From IMG/VR virus record IMGVR_UViG_3300025133_000024: a DNA stretch of 64,000 nt. One strand, given 5' to 3'. This DNA comes from a virus. The stretch's first letter is position 1; every line of letters begins with the position of its first letter. The position numbers and the translations under genes are program-made. Below the pieces are notes generated by a model. The model saw nothing but the letters and a program-made list of their open reading frames with translations. It made no database searches and was not told where the DNA came from. Shown one piece after another: positions 53,927 through 63,962 of the stretch.

Positions 53927-55006
53927 TTAGAAATCGTTGCGAATTCTTAATGTTATATCTGAACTATTATTCACTTTTAATGGCTCACTCAATTTAGCAA
54001 GAGCCATTAAAACATTATCAGGTGAATACAAACCAACTGAAGTTACATAACTCACTGGAGGGTCTTGTTTGTTATTCTTTACCCTAATTTTACTACCGGA
54101 AAGATATGTGGGGTTGGCACTATAGTTAAACTCATTGTGGCCAATACGAACAAAATAAACTGTTGAGTTTAATTCAATCGTGTTGTTCATGTTGTGATTC
54201 GTCCATCTTTGACGAATATTATCACATGCGCCTGAAATTGATGAACCTGTTAACACTTCATCCACACTTGAAATATATGTTGAACCACTATTAAACTCCA
54301 CAAGACTTGTTGACGCCAACAATCCACCTGAAACAGCAGGAGAAAACAAGGATGCAGTCACAACAGCCACACCAGCTTGGTAAAACACCAAGCCACAAAT
54401 TGAACCATCAGTTGTTAATGGTGTTCCCGTGTTATTTGAAGCCGTAAGAATTCCATAATCACCGGCTGGACTGTTTGTTTTCCAAGAAGAAGTTGCTGCT
54501 GTATCTTTAACAAGGACTGTTTCATGATTTGGTGCCCAATAACTTGCTGACATGCCTAGTTCAAGTTGAAAAGAACCTTTCTTGATTTCATCTTTGTTCA
54601 GAATTCTTGCAAAGTTAAGAAATACAACTTCTTTTAGTTTTGTTCCACCAGTTAAGTCACCATCTTGGTCAAATTCTCTGATTGAACCAGTGACATCAAT
54701 ACCCATCAACACTTTTGCCATTTGATTATACATATTAATCTTAGCAGAGTTTTGAGTATTTGCTGAGGATGATAAAGAAGAGTTGTTAGAGTACCCTACA
54801 GACAAATCAAAGATGTGATTTGCTGATGAAGATAAATAAGGATAATCATAAACCTGTTGAAATAAACCATGTGAAAAGTTTTTAACGTTTTCGTTATTAT
54901 ATGTTCCAGAATTTATGATTGTTCCTGTGATAGGAATTGCTTCATGCAATAATGTTCTAAAACTTGTCCTGTCATTCTCTGATAAATTTTTAAATGTTGT
55001 TGCCAT
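53927..55006 (-). CDS. Baseplate/tail structural protein
   Basis: DEIKKGSF, GLVFYQAG, FNYSANPTY, VTSVGLYSPDNVLMALAKLSEPLK. Confidence 0.65.
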   Translation of the reverse strand: MATTFKNLSENDRTSFRTLLHEAIPITGTIINSGTYNNENVKNFSHGLFQQVYDYPYLSSSANHIFDLSVGYSNNSSLSSSANTQNSAKINMYNQMAKVLMGIDVTGSIREFDQDGDLTGGTKLKEVVFLNFARILNKDEIKKGSFQLELGMSASYWAPNHETVLVKDTAATSSWKTNSPAGDYGILTASNNTGTPLTTDGSICGLVFYQAGVAVVTASLFSPAVSGGLLASTSLVEFNSGSTYISSVDEVLTGSSISGACDNIRQRWTNHNMNNTIELNSTVYFVRIGHNEFNYSANPTYLSGSKIRVKNNKQDPPVSYVTSVGLYSPDNVLMALAKLSEPLKVNNSSDITLRIRNDF

Positions 55007-55028
55007 TTATTTTTCCAATAATTTTATT

Positions 55029-55370
55029 TTAATTCGTGTTTTGACGTTTTATATCATCTATCATCATATTCATTAATCTAAACAAGTCAAGTGAAGAAGA
55101 AATTTCTCTGGAAATATGTGAAAATATCCTGGCAATGTTTCTCTGAAAATCCTCTCTGTCATAATCATCACTTTCTTGATTTCCAACATCACCAGTATTA
55201 AGCCAAAGACCTTGGATTTCTTTATATGCCGAGATTAATTGTCCTCTAGACATCGGTTGGGGCCGGAGGTCATCGCCAGGGCCCTGCGGGGACAGTGCGC
55301 GTGAACTCCACTGTTGTCCCCTTTGCTTATACGAATTTTCTTTCAAAACCTTTTTGATAATACACTTCAT
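55029..55370 (-). CDS. Hypothetical protein with a weak IKEE-like N-terminus
   Basis: MKCIIKKVLKE; 113 aa. Confidence 0.55.
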   Translation of the reverse strand: MKCIIKKVLKENSYKQRGQQWSSRALSPQGPGDDLRPQPMSRGQLISAYKEIQGLWLNTGDVGNQESDDYDREDFQRNIARIFSHISREISSSLDLFRLMNMMIDDIKRQNTN

Positions 55371-55383
55371 CTATATATCCCCT

Positions 55384-56322
55384 TTAAATAATTTTTACAT
55401 ATCTTACTGGAATATCCAATCGATAACCAGTTGTGACACCTTGAACTTTAATAACAGAATCAATATATTTAGCTGTCTTTGCTCCAGTGTGATTTCCATT
55501 AATAGTTGTGGCTAAAGCTGAACCTCCAATCTCATCAAATAAGTCTGAGGAGGAGTTTAATTCTTGTGATGATTTAAGTCTAAAGTTGAAATATGAACCT
55601 CTAGGTCCAGCAACAGCAACCAAACCAACCAAGTCTTTTGAATTGTCCATGAATTTAATCATGTCATCGTTAGCATCAGTAATATTATAAAATGCAATGT
55701 CATCATCATCAATTGCATTAGGGATTTGTTCCACACCAGTTGCAGACATTAAAGAACCAAGTCTATTGTCCATTTCAACAATATATTGTGTTTCTAGCAA
55801 ATCTGAATCTAATGGTCTTCGATATGAAATTGCCGCTGTATCCAATCCTTGGTCAACACGAATATAACTTCCTGCCTTACCCTCAGTGCCTTTTACAAGG
55901 CCATTGGTGGTTGATTCATAAACACCAATTGATAAGTCTGTATCTTCAGAGTTTTCATCAACAAGAACAATGAAGGTGTTCAAAGAATCATGTCTTTTTG
56001 TTTTTGTTCCGTCTGCTGTTTCTGATAGTTTAAGAACTGGGAGGTAAAGTAGGTCATCTCTTGATACTGTAATCAATTTAGAATGCATAACAGAAGTATT
56101 GTTTGTTAATGCTTCCATTACAGGGGTTTGCAAAATATCTAAATCATAATATGCTGAACCGGATGCATGGTTTCTGTTGTATTTTGCATAATCAATTTCA
56201 TCGTCACCTAAGGCAAATTTGACAATCTTAAAAGAACCATCACCTTTTGCTAATCTTCGTCTCCCTTCATCAGAAAGAACCACGTCCAGGATAATATCAC
56301 CTGAATTATCTTGTAAACCCAT
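55384..56322 (-). CDS. Baseplate/tail structural protein
   Basis: MGLQDNSGDIILDVVLSDEGRRRLAKGDGSFKIVKFALGDDEIDY N-terminus; G.TTGY C-terminus. Confidence 0.65.
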   Translation of the reverse strand: MGLQDNSGDIILDVVLSDEGRRRLAKGDGSFKIVKFALGDDEIDYAKYNRNHASGSAYYDLDILQTPVMEALTNNTSVMHSKLITVSRDDLLYLPVLKLSETADGTKTKRHDSLNTFIVLVDENSEDTDLSIGVYESTTNGLVKGTEGKAGSYIRVDQGLDTAAISYRRPLDSDLLETQYIVEMDNRLGSLMSATGVEQIPNAIDDDDIAFYNITDANDDMIKFMDNSKDLVGLVAVAGPRGSYFNFRLKSSQELNSSSDLFDEIGGSALATTINGNHTGAKTAKYIDSVIKVQGVTTGYRLDIPVRYVKII

Positions 56323-56325
56323 TAC

Positions 56326-56823
56326 TTATACCCTTTTTCTTTTTCTTGGCTTTAATTTTAGTTTTTTTCTTAATTTTTTTTCTAATTTTAGTTTTTTTCT
56401 TAATTCTTTTTCTAATTTTAAAAGTTCATCTTGAATCCTTAAAACCTTTTGTTTTTCCAATTCATTGTCTTCTTCGTCACCAGAGCCAAAGCCTATAAAA
56501 TCTGCATCTATCTTGCTTTTATAAATATCCAATGTGTTATCAATTGCACCACTATCTTTTAACACATATTGTATAGCTGATTTATTAAGACGTAATATAT
56601 AATTTCCAGTAGGATCTTTCTCTTCTTCGTATACAGCAGTGGCAAAATCTTCATGACCTGGAGAGGAATATTCAGGGTCATATGTGTCTGCCTCAAGCAT
56701 TTTCCATTCATCATGTAGTTCTGATGAAACAAAAATTGCCATGAGAAAATCATCAGGAATTTGTTTAGATTCTTTTATAATTCTAAGTTTCATGTTCATG
56801 CCTATAAGAGAAGTTAATATCAA
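56326..56823 (-). CDS. Hypothetical protein with a Lys-rich repetitive tail
   Basis: MKLRIIKES N-terminus (probable start 56793); C-terminal LKLEKELRKK-LKLEKKLRKK-LKLK. Confidence 0.6.
   Translation of the reverse strand: MILTSLIGMNMKLRIIKESKQIPDDFLMAIFVSSELHDEWKMLEADTYDPEYSSPGHEDFATAVYEEEKDPTGNYILRLNKSAIQYVLKDSGAIDNTLDIYKSKIDADFIGFGSGDEEDNELEKQKVLRIQDELLKLEKELRKKLKLEKKLRKKLKLKPRKRKRV
56353..56420. repeat. 30-nt tandem repeat (about 2.3 copies), in frame
   Basis: TAATTTTAGTTTTTTTCTTAATT(T/C)TTTTTC at 56353 and 56383, partial copy at 56413. Confidence 0.85.
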
Positions 56824-59602
56824 CTTTTTTGCCTGTTTTTTTGGAAGTTATTCTTAATTTAAAGTTTTTTTCCAAAATTGATTCTGATTCTAAGCCAACA
56901 ACAGGCACAGATGAGTTGTCATTTTTTATCATTGTTTGAGAAAATGTTGGCATTATCTTTAAATACTTTCCAACGTCTTTTATTTTACTTTTTTGGTTTA
57001 AAATAGGAAATTCAAACAATTTTACGTCAAGATATGTAAAACCACCATCATTTATTAATTCTACTTCATAAATAGAGGTAGGGTTAGACTTATGACCATG
57101 ATTATCAATGCTCCTAAACACATAGTAGTATTTAGTATTCGTTCTCATATCATCAAAAAATGATACAGCAGGAGCATTAACTTTCGACTTAATCACCCTC
57201 AACTTTCCTGAGAAATCATTATAAGACTTTGGAACGTCCAATATCCTTCCCACTTCAAATGATGAAACTAAATCATCATTTTTGAATTTGATTTGACCTT
57301 TTTCATCTCTTTCGTAAAATTTGTACAATTCCTCTTCACCATTCATCATAATTGGAATTTCTAAAGACTCACCAGATGAAGAACGAACATTAATTTGTAT
57401 CTTATTGTTTACTCCAACAAAAGGAACAAATTCAATTTCAGGTTGAACAGGAGGGGAATCAAGAATCCCTCCAGAAACAGAAAAATATGGTTGCTCGACC
57501 AACATAAAAGAAGGTTTGTAGTTGACTGTTAATTCTAAAATAGGTGCCCTTAGTTTTTCATTCGGGTCTATCGGCCTAGAAACTTCTCTTTCTGTAGTTT
57601 TTTGCTTTTTTTCAATGTTTGGTGTGTTTCGTGGTCTAGCAAATGGGTCTTGCTCTTTTTGAGGAATTGAAACACCAGGAAAAACTATTTCTTTTCTTTG
57701 GTCTGTTACATCAGGGGATGTTGTTATGTTCGCATAACTAACAGCATTTTTATAATCATATTCTGTTCCCAAGACAATAGTATAAACATATACATTATAG
57801 TGATAATCAGAATTGTATTTTACTTGTGAATCTAACCAAGACATTATTGAGTCTGTTGTTGAATTTGTGATATAAAAGTTTTGTATTGTTGGTGGGTTTT
57901 CTGTTTTCTTTTTTTCTATTCTAAAAAACAACTGCTCGTTATAACATTTCTCACCAAACTCAAACATTTCACTAATTGTTCTAAAATGTCTTTTTTGAAT
58001 CTCTTTTGTTTTTGCGGAAAACATCAAGAACATTAATTTCTTAAAATATTCATAGGACTCTTTATTCAGGTTTTCTATATCTGAAGGGTGGGAACCTAAG
58101 AAAGAAGCAATATTTAACTTTTTGGTGTCAAATATTTCAAGAGCATTCTTGTTCTCTAAGACTTCTTCTTGTACCTCAAATTTATTAAACAATTCAATCC
58201 ATTTTGTGATGTTCCAGGTTTTTCTTTTCTTTGTTTCCAAAAAGTTTACAAAACCACTCTCTGTCTTCACTTGTGTTTGTTCTACAAACTCTCTTCGAAC
58301 ATTGATTCCTGTATATCGATTTACATACTTTTCGAACGAACTCAATATTTCAGAATCTTTAGACTCCTCCATTTCTTCCTCTTTGAATTCTTTTTGCTTA
58401 TCTGTTTGAACCACAAAATTCAACAAGGATGCATCCAGTTTATTATCAACCAATGCCTTCAAAAATAAATTAGACCTTAAAACAAAAGCACTATCATTAG
58501 GAAATTGAACGTCAACAACAAATGGAAAGATTGCTTTTATGTCTTTCACTTCTTTTACTAAACCAGAATCATCACCAATTAACATCTGATTAGTAAATTT
58601 CTTTCCAAGTAACTCTCTATCTTCCTCAGACAAATCCAAAACGTTTTCTACATACTCATCCAAATATTGCCTCTGTTGAGAAGATAGTTTTTGAAAAATA
58701 GATGTATCAGGATAAATTTTCTTAAAATCTTTCTTTTGTAACAACCCATTCAAATTTATAAAATTATAAAAATCATTAACTGAACGATTTCTTACTCTAT
58801 TGTTTCTCTCAGACTGCCATATATTAAGACTAGGAAGGATTTTTTCATCTAACTTAGAATCCAATAATAACTTTTCATACTTTTCATGATAAAAATTATA
58901 ATCAAACTTTCCTTTTCCTACAAACTTATCATTATCAAAGAAAGTAAACTTTTCAAAGTCATCTTCGTCAAAAGGTAAAAATCCATCCCAAACAAAATCT
59001 TGATACACTTTTTTTGTATCAATCCTTCTCAAAACTCTTTTTTTGAAAGAATCCAATGTTTCATAAAAAGAATCCAATGTTTCATAAGGAGAACCTTGAA
59101 ATACTTCAATTTCTGCATCGTCTTTAGAGAAGTGGGAAGGTTTTCTATTTGTTGCAATAGGAAGACCCACAATCTTTATTTTCGCTTCTCTAGATGGCTT
59201 AAAATCAGAATTATTTTTATTTGTTTCGTCTTGGATGGTGACTTTGAATTGTTCTCTGAGTTCTAGGTTTGGATTATTGGTTTTTGCTTGTGTCCGAACA
59301 TGTTGCAATTGGTTATTTTTTGTTTCCCAAAAAAATGATGTTATTTCTCTTAGTTTGTCTTGTAGATTTGACTCATGAATGTCTGATAAAACAGAAGTCT
59401 TGATTTTGTGGTTGGCTTTTTGTTTTTTATTTGGTAGCTTTGATATAACTGGCTCAAAAGTGTCTTCACATAACAATGGGTTGTGGTGTGTGATTCCGTT
59501 TTTATCTGGGATGTTGTTTGATTTTAAAACAGGAGGGTTTGCATTCACATCCTCTTGCTTGCATCCAATCTTTGTTTTTGCTTCTTGTTTACAAATAGAC
59601 AT
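56783..59602 (-). CDS. Large structural protein with a C-terminal FN3-like region
   Basis: 939 aa; YHYNVYVY and TKYYYVFRSIDNHGHKSNPTSIYEVEL beta-sandwich motifs. Confidence 0.55.
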   Translation of the reverse strand: MSICKQEAKTKIGCKQEDVNANPPVLKSNNIPDKNGITHHNPLLCEDTFEPVISKLPNKKQKANHKIKTSVLSDIHESNLQDKLREITSFFWETKNNQLQHVRTQAKTNNPNLELREQFKVTIQDETNKNNSDFKPSREAKIKIVGLPIATNRKPSHFSKDDAEIEVFQGSPYETLDSFYETLDSFKKRVLRRIDTKKVYQDFVWDGFLPFDEDDFEKFTFFDNDKFVGKGKFDYNFYHEKYEKLLLDSKLDEKILPSLNIWQSERNNRVRNRSVNDFYNFINLNGLLQKKDFKKIYPDTSIFQKLSSQQRQYLDEYVENVLDLSEEDRELLGKKFTNQMLIGDDSGLVKEVKDIKAIFPFVVDVQFPNDSAFVLRSNLFLKALVDNKLDASLLNFVVQTDKQKEFKEEEMEESKDSEILSSFEKYVNRYTGINVRREFVEQTQVKTESGFVNFLETKKRKTWNITKWIELFNKFEVQEEVLENKNALEIFDTKKLNIASFLGSHPSDIENLNKESYEYFKKLMFLMFSAKTKEIQKRHFRTISEMFEFGEKCYNEQLFFRIEKKKTENPPTIQNFYITNSTTDSIMSWLDSQVKYNSDYHYNVYVYTIVLGTEYDYKNAVSYANITTSPDVTDQRKEIVFPGVSIPQKEQDPFARPRNTPNIEKKQKTTEREVSRPIDPNEKLRAPILELTVNYKPSFMLVEQPYFSVSGGILDSPPVQPEIEFVPFVGVNNKIQINVRSSSGESLEIPIMMNGEEELYKFYERDEKGQIKFKNDDLVSSFEVGRILDVPKSYNDFSGKLRVIKSKVNAPAVSFFDDMRTNTKYYYVFRSIDNHGHKSNPTSIYEVELINDGGFTYLDVKLFEFPILNQKSKIKDVGKYLKIMPTFSQTMIKNDNSSVPVVGLESESILEKNFKLRITSKKTGKKVDINFSYRHEHET
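59046..59087. repeat. Perfect 21-nt tandem duplication (YETLDSF x2)
   Basis: AAAGAATCCAATGTTTCATAA at 59046-59066 and 59067-59087. Confidence 0.95.
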
Positions 59603-59608
59603 TATATT

Positions 59609-61723
59609 TTATATAAACTCATCGATTGATAGATTTTGATTGGGGATTTTCACATCTCCTAGTAAAAAGTACCTATTTTTGATTTTAGGTTGTACAACTC
59701 CGAAATCATTCTGGATATTATACCTCATTAACAGATTTTTACTTTGTAATTCGTTAATATTTCCAACTTCTTTCCATTTTGGTCTTTTTAGCAGAACTTG
59801 ACCCTCCTCAGACATTTCATATCCAGCAAAATATACTATTTTTGCTAATGGGGGTTTCTTTTCTTCCTTTAACAACGTTTCTAGGTCTTTTATTTCTTCA
59901 AATACAACTTTTTCTTCAACTGTGTTCTCGGATTCAGAAGACAACAAAGAAAAATCAGAATCTATCTTGTTAATCACAAAATTTAAAGAAGTAGGTGGCT
60001 TTAATTCACTAAAATTTAAATTTGGAGGTTCAAGTGTCAATACTGGAGATAGAAACTCAGTCTGTAAGGGAATGTCCAATATTGGTTGAGTCTCAAGTTG
60101 CTCTAAAGAGAAATTCAACACTGATTGTTCTGGCTTAATAGACAACTCCTCAGGTAAAAAGGAAACAGAAGACTGAGAGTGGGTATAATTCTTATTTACT
60201 GAGAGGGTGAAGACAAAGGAACGTTCTTTCCCTGTTAAGTTTTCAAATTTACCTATGGTTTTGTCCAAAACGTTTTCGAAGTTCAGAAGCACTTCTTTTT
60301 CCGCTTTGATATGTTTGTTTACCTCAAGAAATTGATTTTGTATTTTACTTTTTTGTTCTGTAGATAACAATTCTATTGAATTAAAAGCATTTTGAACAGA
60401 ACTTTCAATTTCAAGGTTAGGATTTGATTGAAAGTTCGTTAAATTTCTTTTTGTTTCGTATAATTTAGTTTTGTTATCTTCTACTTTTTGCCTAGTCATA
60501 TCTTTTATATGAAATTCAAAAGAATAATGATAAAGAGATTCATGTTTTTTGTTGTTTAGGGTTTTATCAAGAAACATAAATGACTTAATATATTCATTCC
60601 CGTTTTCTAAATCAAATTTTAACTCTTGAATCTTGATTTTGTTATTTTCTTTGTCTATTTTATCACCATTTTGAAAACTTAGTGATGATAATAGAGATTT
60701 TTTTTGGTCTTTTCTTGCTCGATAAACTTTCAACTCTTCAATGTAAGACAATAACGACAATTCAGGTTTGTTCTTCATTAAATTAACGTAAACAGAATTA
60801 TCATTCATAATTCCCAACCAATCCAAGTCAAAAAATACCTGAACGGGGGATGAAACAGCGCCAAATTCATGAATGTTGAACCTAGAACTTAATATTTTCT
60901 GTTCAGGTGGCGTTAAATCAACAGAAAAGTTAAATAAATTACTCAAATCTAAAGGTTTGACTGACTTCTTCCCTAATTTCTCTTCTGAGAAGGTGATTTT
61001 TTGGGATTCAAACAAAAGTTTGCTATATGTAAACAGTTCATTATTCGATACATTATATGAACCTTGCCATACACTCCCATCAACTAATTTTCTATGTTGA
61101 TACATCTTTTCAACAACACTTCCATCTTCTTTAAAGCCGATGAGAATAGATTTTCCGTTAGAAGATGATTTTTCTTTGGTGTTGAACTCCTTATTAAACA
61201 AGTCAAAGTCAAAAAAGATAGATATTCGATATAACAAGTTCTTTGACTTTATATCTTTTGCCCTTAACTCATCCTCAGAAACAATGAAATTGTATTCACC
61301 AATATTTGGATTCTCAAAAATCTTTGTAACCTTTGTTATTTTCTTTTTATCAATTTGTTCGAAAGAAAATAACTTTGCTCTCTTAACATTATCAACATCT
61401 GATTTGTTATTGGTTTCAAGTTTTTCGATTTTTAATTTGAAATATTTGTTTATGATGTTCTTTACAAGAGAAACATCAACATCGAAATTTACGTTGATGT
61501 CAAAAGAAGCGTGAATTTCTTGGTTCAATTGTTGTGTTTTAATTTGATTCACAACAATATCTGGAAATATATCTGTTAAAACAATCTCTTGCTTATCATT
61601 GTTGTTCTTCGACGCTTTAACAACATTATTAAGGGGACCGACATTTCCTTGGTTTGTTAGGTTGCTATCAAACTTCTTAGAATCTTTTATTTGTTGTGAG
61701 AAAAAATCAAAAACTGTACTCAA
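59609..61723 (-). CDS. Large hypothetical (probably structural) protein
   Basis: 704-aa ORF within the baseplate operon; no motif recognised. Confidence 0.6.
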   Translation of the reverse strand: MSTVFDFFSQQIKDSKKFDSNLTNQGNVGPLNNVVKASKNNNDKQEIVLTDIFPDIVVNQIKTQQLNQEIHASFDINVNFDVDVSLVKNIINKYFKLKIEKLETNNKSDVDNVKRAKLFSFEQIDKKKITKVTKIFENPNIGEYNFIVSEDELRAKDIKSKNLLYRISIFFDFDLFNKEFNTKEKSSSNGKSILIGFKEDGSVVEKMYQHRKLVDGSVWQGSYNVSNNELFTYSKLLFESQKITFSEEKLGKKSVKPLDLSNLFNFSVDLTPPEQKILSSRFNIHEFGAVSSPVQVFFDLDWLGIMNDNSVYVNLMKNKPELSLLSYIEELKVYRARKDQKKSLLSSLSFQNGDKIDKENNKIKIQELKFDLENGNEYIKSFMFLDKTLNNKKHESLYHYSFEFHIKDMTRQKVEDNKTKLYETKRNLTNFQSNPNLEIESSVQNAFNSIELLSTEQKSKIQNQFLEVNKHIKAEKEVLLNFENVLDKTIGKFENLTGKERSFVFTLSVNKNYTHSQSSVSFLPEELSIKPEQSVLNFSLEQLETQPILDIPLQTEFLSPVLTLEPPNLNFSELKPPTSLNFVINKIDSDFSLLSSESENTVEEKVVFEEIKDLETLLKEEKKPPLAKIVYFAGYEMSEEGQVLLKRPKWKEVGNINELQSKNLLMRYNIQNDFGVVQPKIKNRYFLLGDVKIPNQNLSIDEFI

Positions 61724-61728
61724 TTTAT

Positions 61729-61959
61729 TTAACCTTTTAAAATCCTTAGAGCTTCTTGCTTTATTGTCTCATGAATTTCATCGAACAAAGCATCCTCATA
61801 GTCGTCCTGGTGTTTTTTATAATTAATATCACGTAGTTTCTCTTCATCCTCTATTACCTTATTTATAACTCTGTGAATCTCACCAACAGCCTCTTGTGCT
61901 ATAATATTTGGTCTTTTGTTAATATCGATCAATTTAACATTCCTCAGTGTCTTCTGCAA
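61729..61959 (-). CDS. Small protein with a shared C-terminal YEDALFDEIHE..KQE..L motif
   Basis: C-terminal 25 aa homologous to the C-terminus of 63393..63962. Confidence 0.65.
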   Translation of the reverse strand: MQKTLRNVKLIDINKRPNIIAQEAVGEIHRVINKVIEDEEKLRDINYKKHQDDYEDALFDEIHETIKQEALRILKG

Positions 61960-62776
61960 TCGGTATATTGTATATTGTGTTGTTTATATCAACACTGTCC
62001 ATCTCTTTCTTCTTTTTTGTTTCTATATCAAAGTAATATTCTACATCCAATGGGCCAAAAGGTTCTACATCGGATAATATACTTTCTTCATCCATTAAAA
62101 TACCATTGACAACCAATTCTTTTTTCTTATGAAAGTGCAATGGTTTTAGTATATCCCCTTCAACTTCATATAATTCAATTTCAAGGTCATCAGAGTTTAT
62201 AATATTATTTTTTTCTTCCAAAAATAGTTCTATGAAGTCTTCTTGATATACTTCATGCTTGTCAGGAACATACTCATCATCAACACAATACTCTTGAACC
62301 AAATCATCAATAGTTTTCAAGGATTCCGTTAAATTCTCTTTCTTTTCTCTTGTTTTTATATAGAGAGGGTGTAAGTTCAATTGAGGAATATTCACATCCC
62401 CATAAGAACTTGTATAGTGTGTTGCTGAGGATGATATTTCAGAACCCTCAAATTGAATATTCCAAGCAGGAAATTTATCATTTCCATCAGATGTTCCGAC
62501 AGGGTTGTTTAGGATGTACTTCGTTTGTTGTGTTATTAAACTTCCTGTTTGAACAGATACATTTCTTAAAGGAAGTTTCTTGTATATTGAGTCTTTTATT
62601 CTATCATGAATATCTTTGCTGCTTTCTTGTATACCAGTGTGATTTAAATCATATAAAATATCATTATCAAAAAAAGAATAATAATATGGTTCGAATTTTC
62701 CCTGAGAGAGTAATTCTTTTCCATGGGGTGTCAATTGAATATCAAGAACTTCCTCTTTTTTATCAAAAAATGACAT
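61934..62776 (-). CDS. Baseplate/tail structural protein, N-terminal paralog of 55384..56322
   Basis: LDIQLTPHGKELLSQGKFEPYYYSFFDNDILYD versus LDVVLSDEGRRRLAKG..F..GDDEIDY. Confidence 0.6.
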   Translation of the reverse strand: MSFFDKKEEVLDIQLTPHGKELLSQGKFEPYYYSFFDNDILYDLNHTGIQESSKDIHDRIKDSIYKKLPLRNVSVQTGSLITQQTKYILNNPVGTSDGNDKFPAWNIQFEGSEISSSATHYTSSYGDVNIPQLNLHPLYIKTREKKENLTESLKTIDDLVQEYCVDDEYVPDKHEVYQEDFIELFLEEKNNIINSDDLEIELYEVEGDILKPLHFHKKKELVVNGILMDEESILSDVEPFGPLDVEYYFDIETKKKKEMDSVDINNTIYNIPIAEDTEEC

Positions 62777-63393
62777 TATATATCAATCCTCTCAGATTCT
62801 ACGATAGCGATTGGGTCAAAAATTGCAATTTCCAATACTCTCTTGCCAAATTCACCTTGAGGAGGTAAAATTTCGGAAGTACCTTGGACCCCAATCTCTT
62901 TAAAAATCCGTAATGCTCCTTCTCGACCTTGACCTGATGACATTTGCCATGCATTAATTTCACCTAACACCCCATTACCGTGTCTTGTTACACTCCAACC
63001 CTTAACTCTACCTTTCCACTTGTATTTGTCTGGAATAGAGTCATACACTTCTTTTATTTTAAGACCCAAAGGTTCAGAATAATCTTTATGCCGGTCATAT
63101 ATGCTGGTCATGTTAATCTTAACCTTATATAGATACGGACTATCACCGCCATACTTACAGTATCCTTTCGCTGTGGCACAAGCCTGAGAGATTTCAACTT
63201 CTTCTTCACTCACTGCACCAGCAAAATAAATTCCCGGACCTAATACCAACCAACCTTCACCAGAGTACAAAAACGGCCCAACTTCAAAATCATCCTCAGG
63301 AATTTTTGACCCACAATGAAAAGCTGTTATTGTATTGCCAAGTGCAATCTCCTTTAACACCTCTTCTTTTATTAGTTTTCGAATTAAAAACAT
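62776..63393 (-). CDS. IKEE-motif protein with a putative ADP-ribosyltransferase (H-Y-E class, ART-PolyVal-like) domain
   Basis: AFHCG, LGPGIYFA, AKGYC, YLYKVKI, EIAIFDP follow the HG..G.GFYF..A..Y..E.vvF.P layout. Confidence 0.6.
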   Translation of the reverse strand: MFLIRKLIKEEVLKEIALGNTITAFHCGSKIPEDDFEVGPFLYSGEGWLVLGPGIYFAGAVSEEEVEISQACATAKGYCKYGGDSPYLYKVKINMTSIYDRHKDYSEPLGLKIKEVYDSIPDKYKWKGRVKGWSVTRHGNGVLGEINAWQMSSGQGREGALRIFKEIGVQGTSEILPPQGEFGKRVLEIAIFDPIAIVESERIDI

Positions 63394-63962
63394 TAATCTT
63401 TCAAAACCTTTAAAATTTCTTGCTTGACTGCTTCGTGAATTTCGTCAAATAAAGCGTCTTCGTATTTATCTCTTGCAGTAGATAAAGTTTGTTCTCTTTT
63501 TTTACACATTCTCTCAATATATTCTGAAAATTCAGATTGCCATCGACGAGGATATGACATAGTGGTATTAAATTTTTCAATTTTTTCACTTAAACTTCCT
63601 TCTTCATCTTGAAATTCAAGATAAAAATAAAAATAGTTATACACCGCGACAAATGGCGAAAACAACCCTGGAACATCGTGCAATTTCCCTGTTTCAGGGT
63701 CTTTCATGAGTTTGCTTCGTAAATTTATTGCAGGGACAGTTAAACCCAAAAGTCCTCGAAGGTCATATTGTAAAATATCAGCTAACGATATTTTACCCTT
63801 TAAATGTCTCTCAAAATCACCTAAAACAGCATCCATCTCCTCGGAATATCTTCCGTTGTAATGGCAATATAATAATTTTGATAGATGGGTCAAGTTCTCT
63901 TGCAAGACCACTCCATTTGTTGTTATATGTTGATATAATTTTTGTAATTCTTTTTCAATCAT
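63393..63962 (-). CDS. Hypothetical protein with a C-terminal YEDALFDEIHEAVKQEILKVLKD motif
   Basis: 189 aa; AGGAG SD and ATGA overlap with the upstream gene. Confidence 0.65.
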   Translation of the reverse strand: MIEKELQKLYQHITTNGVVLQENLTHLSKLLYCHYNGRYSEEMDAVLGDFERHLKGKISLADILQYDLRGLLGLTVPAINLRSKLMKDPETGKLHDVPGLFSPFVAVYNYFYFYLEFQDEEGSLSEKIEKFNTTMSYPRRWQSEFSEYIERMCKKREQTLSTARDKYEDALFDEIHEAVKQEILKVLKD

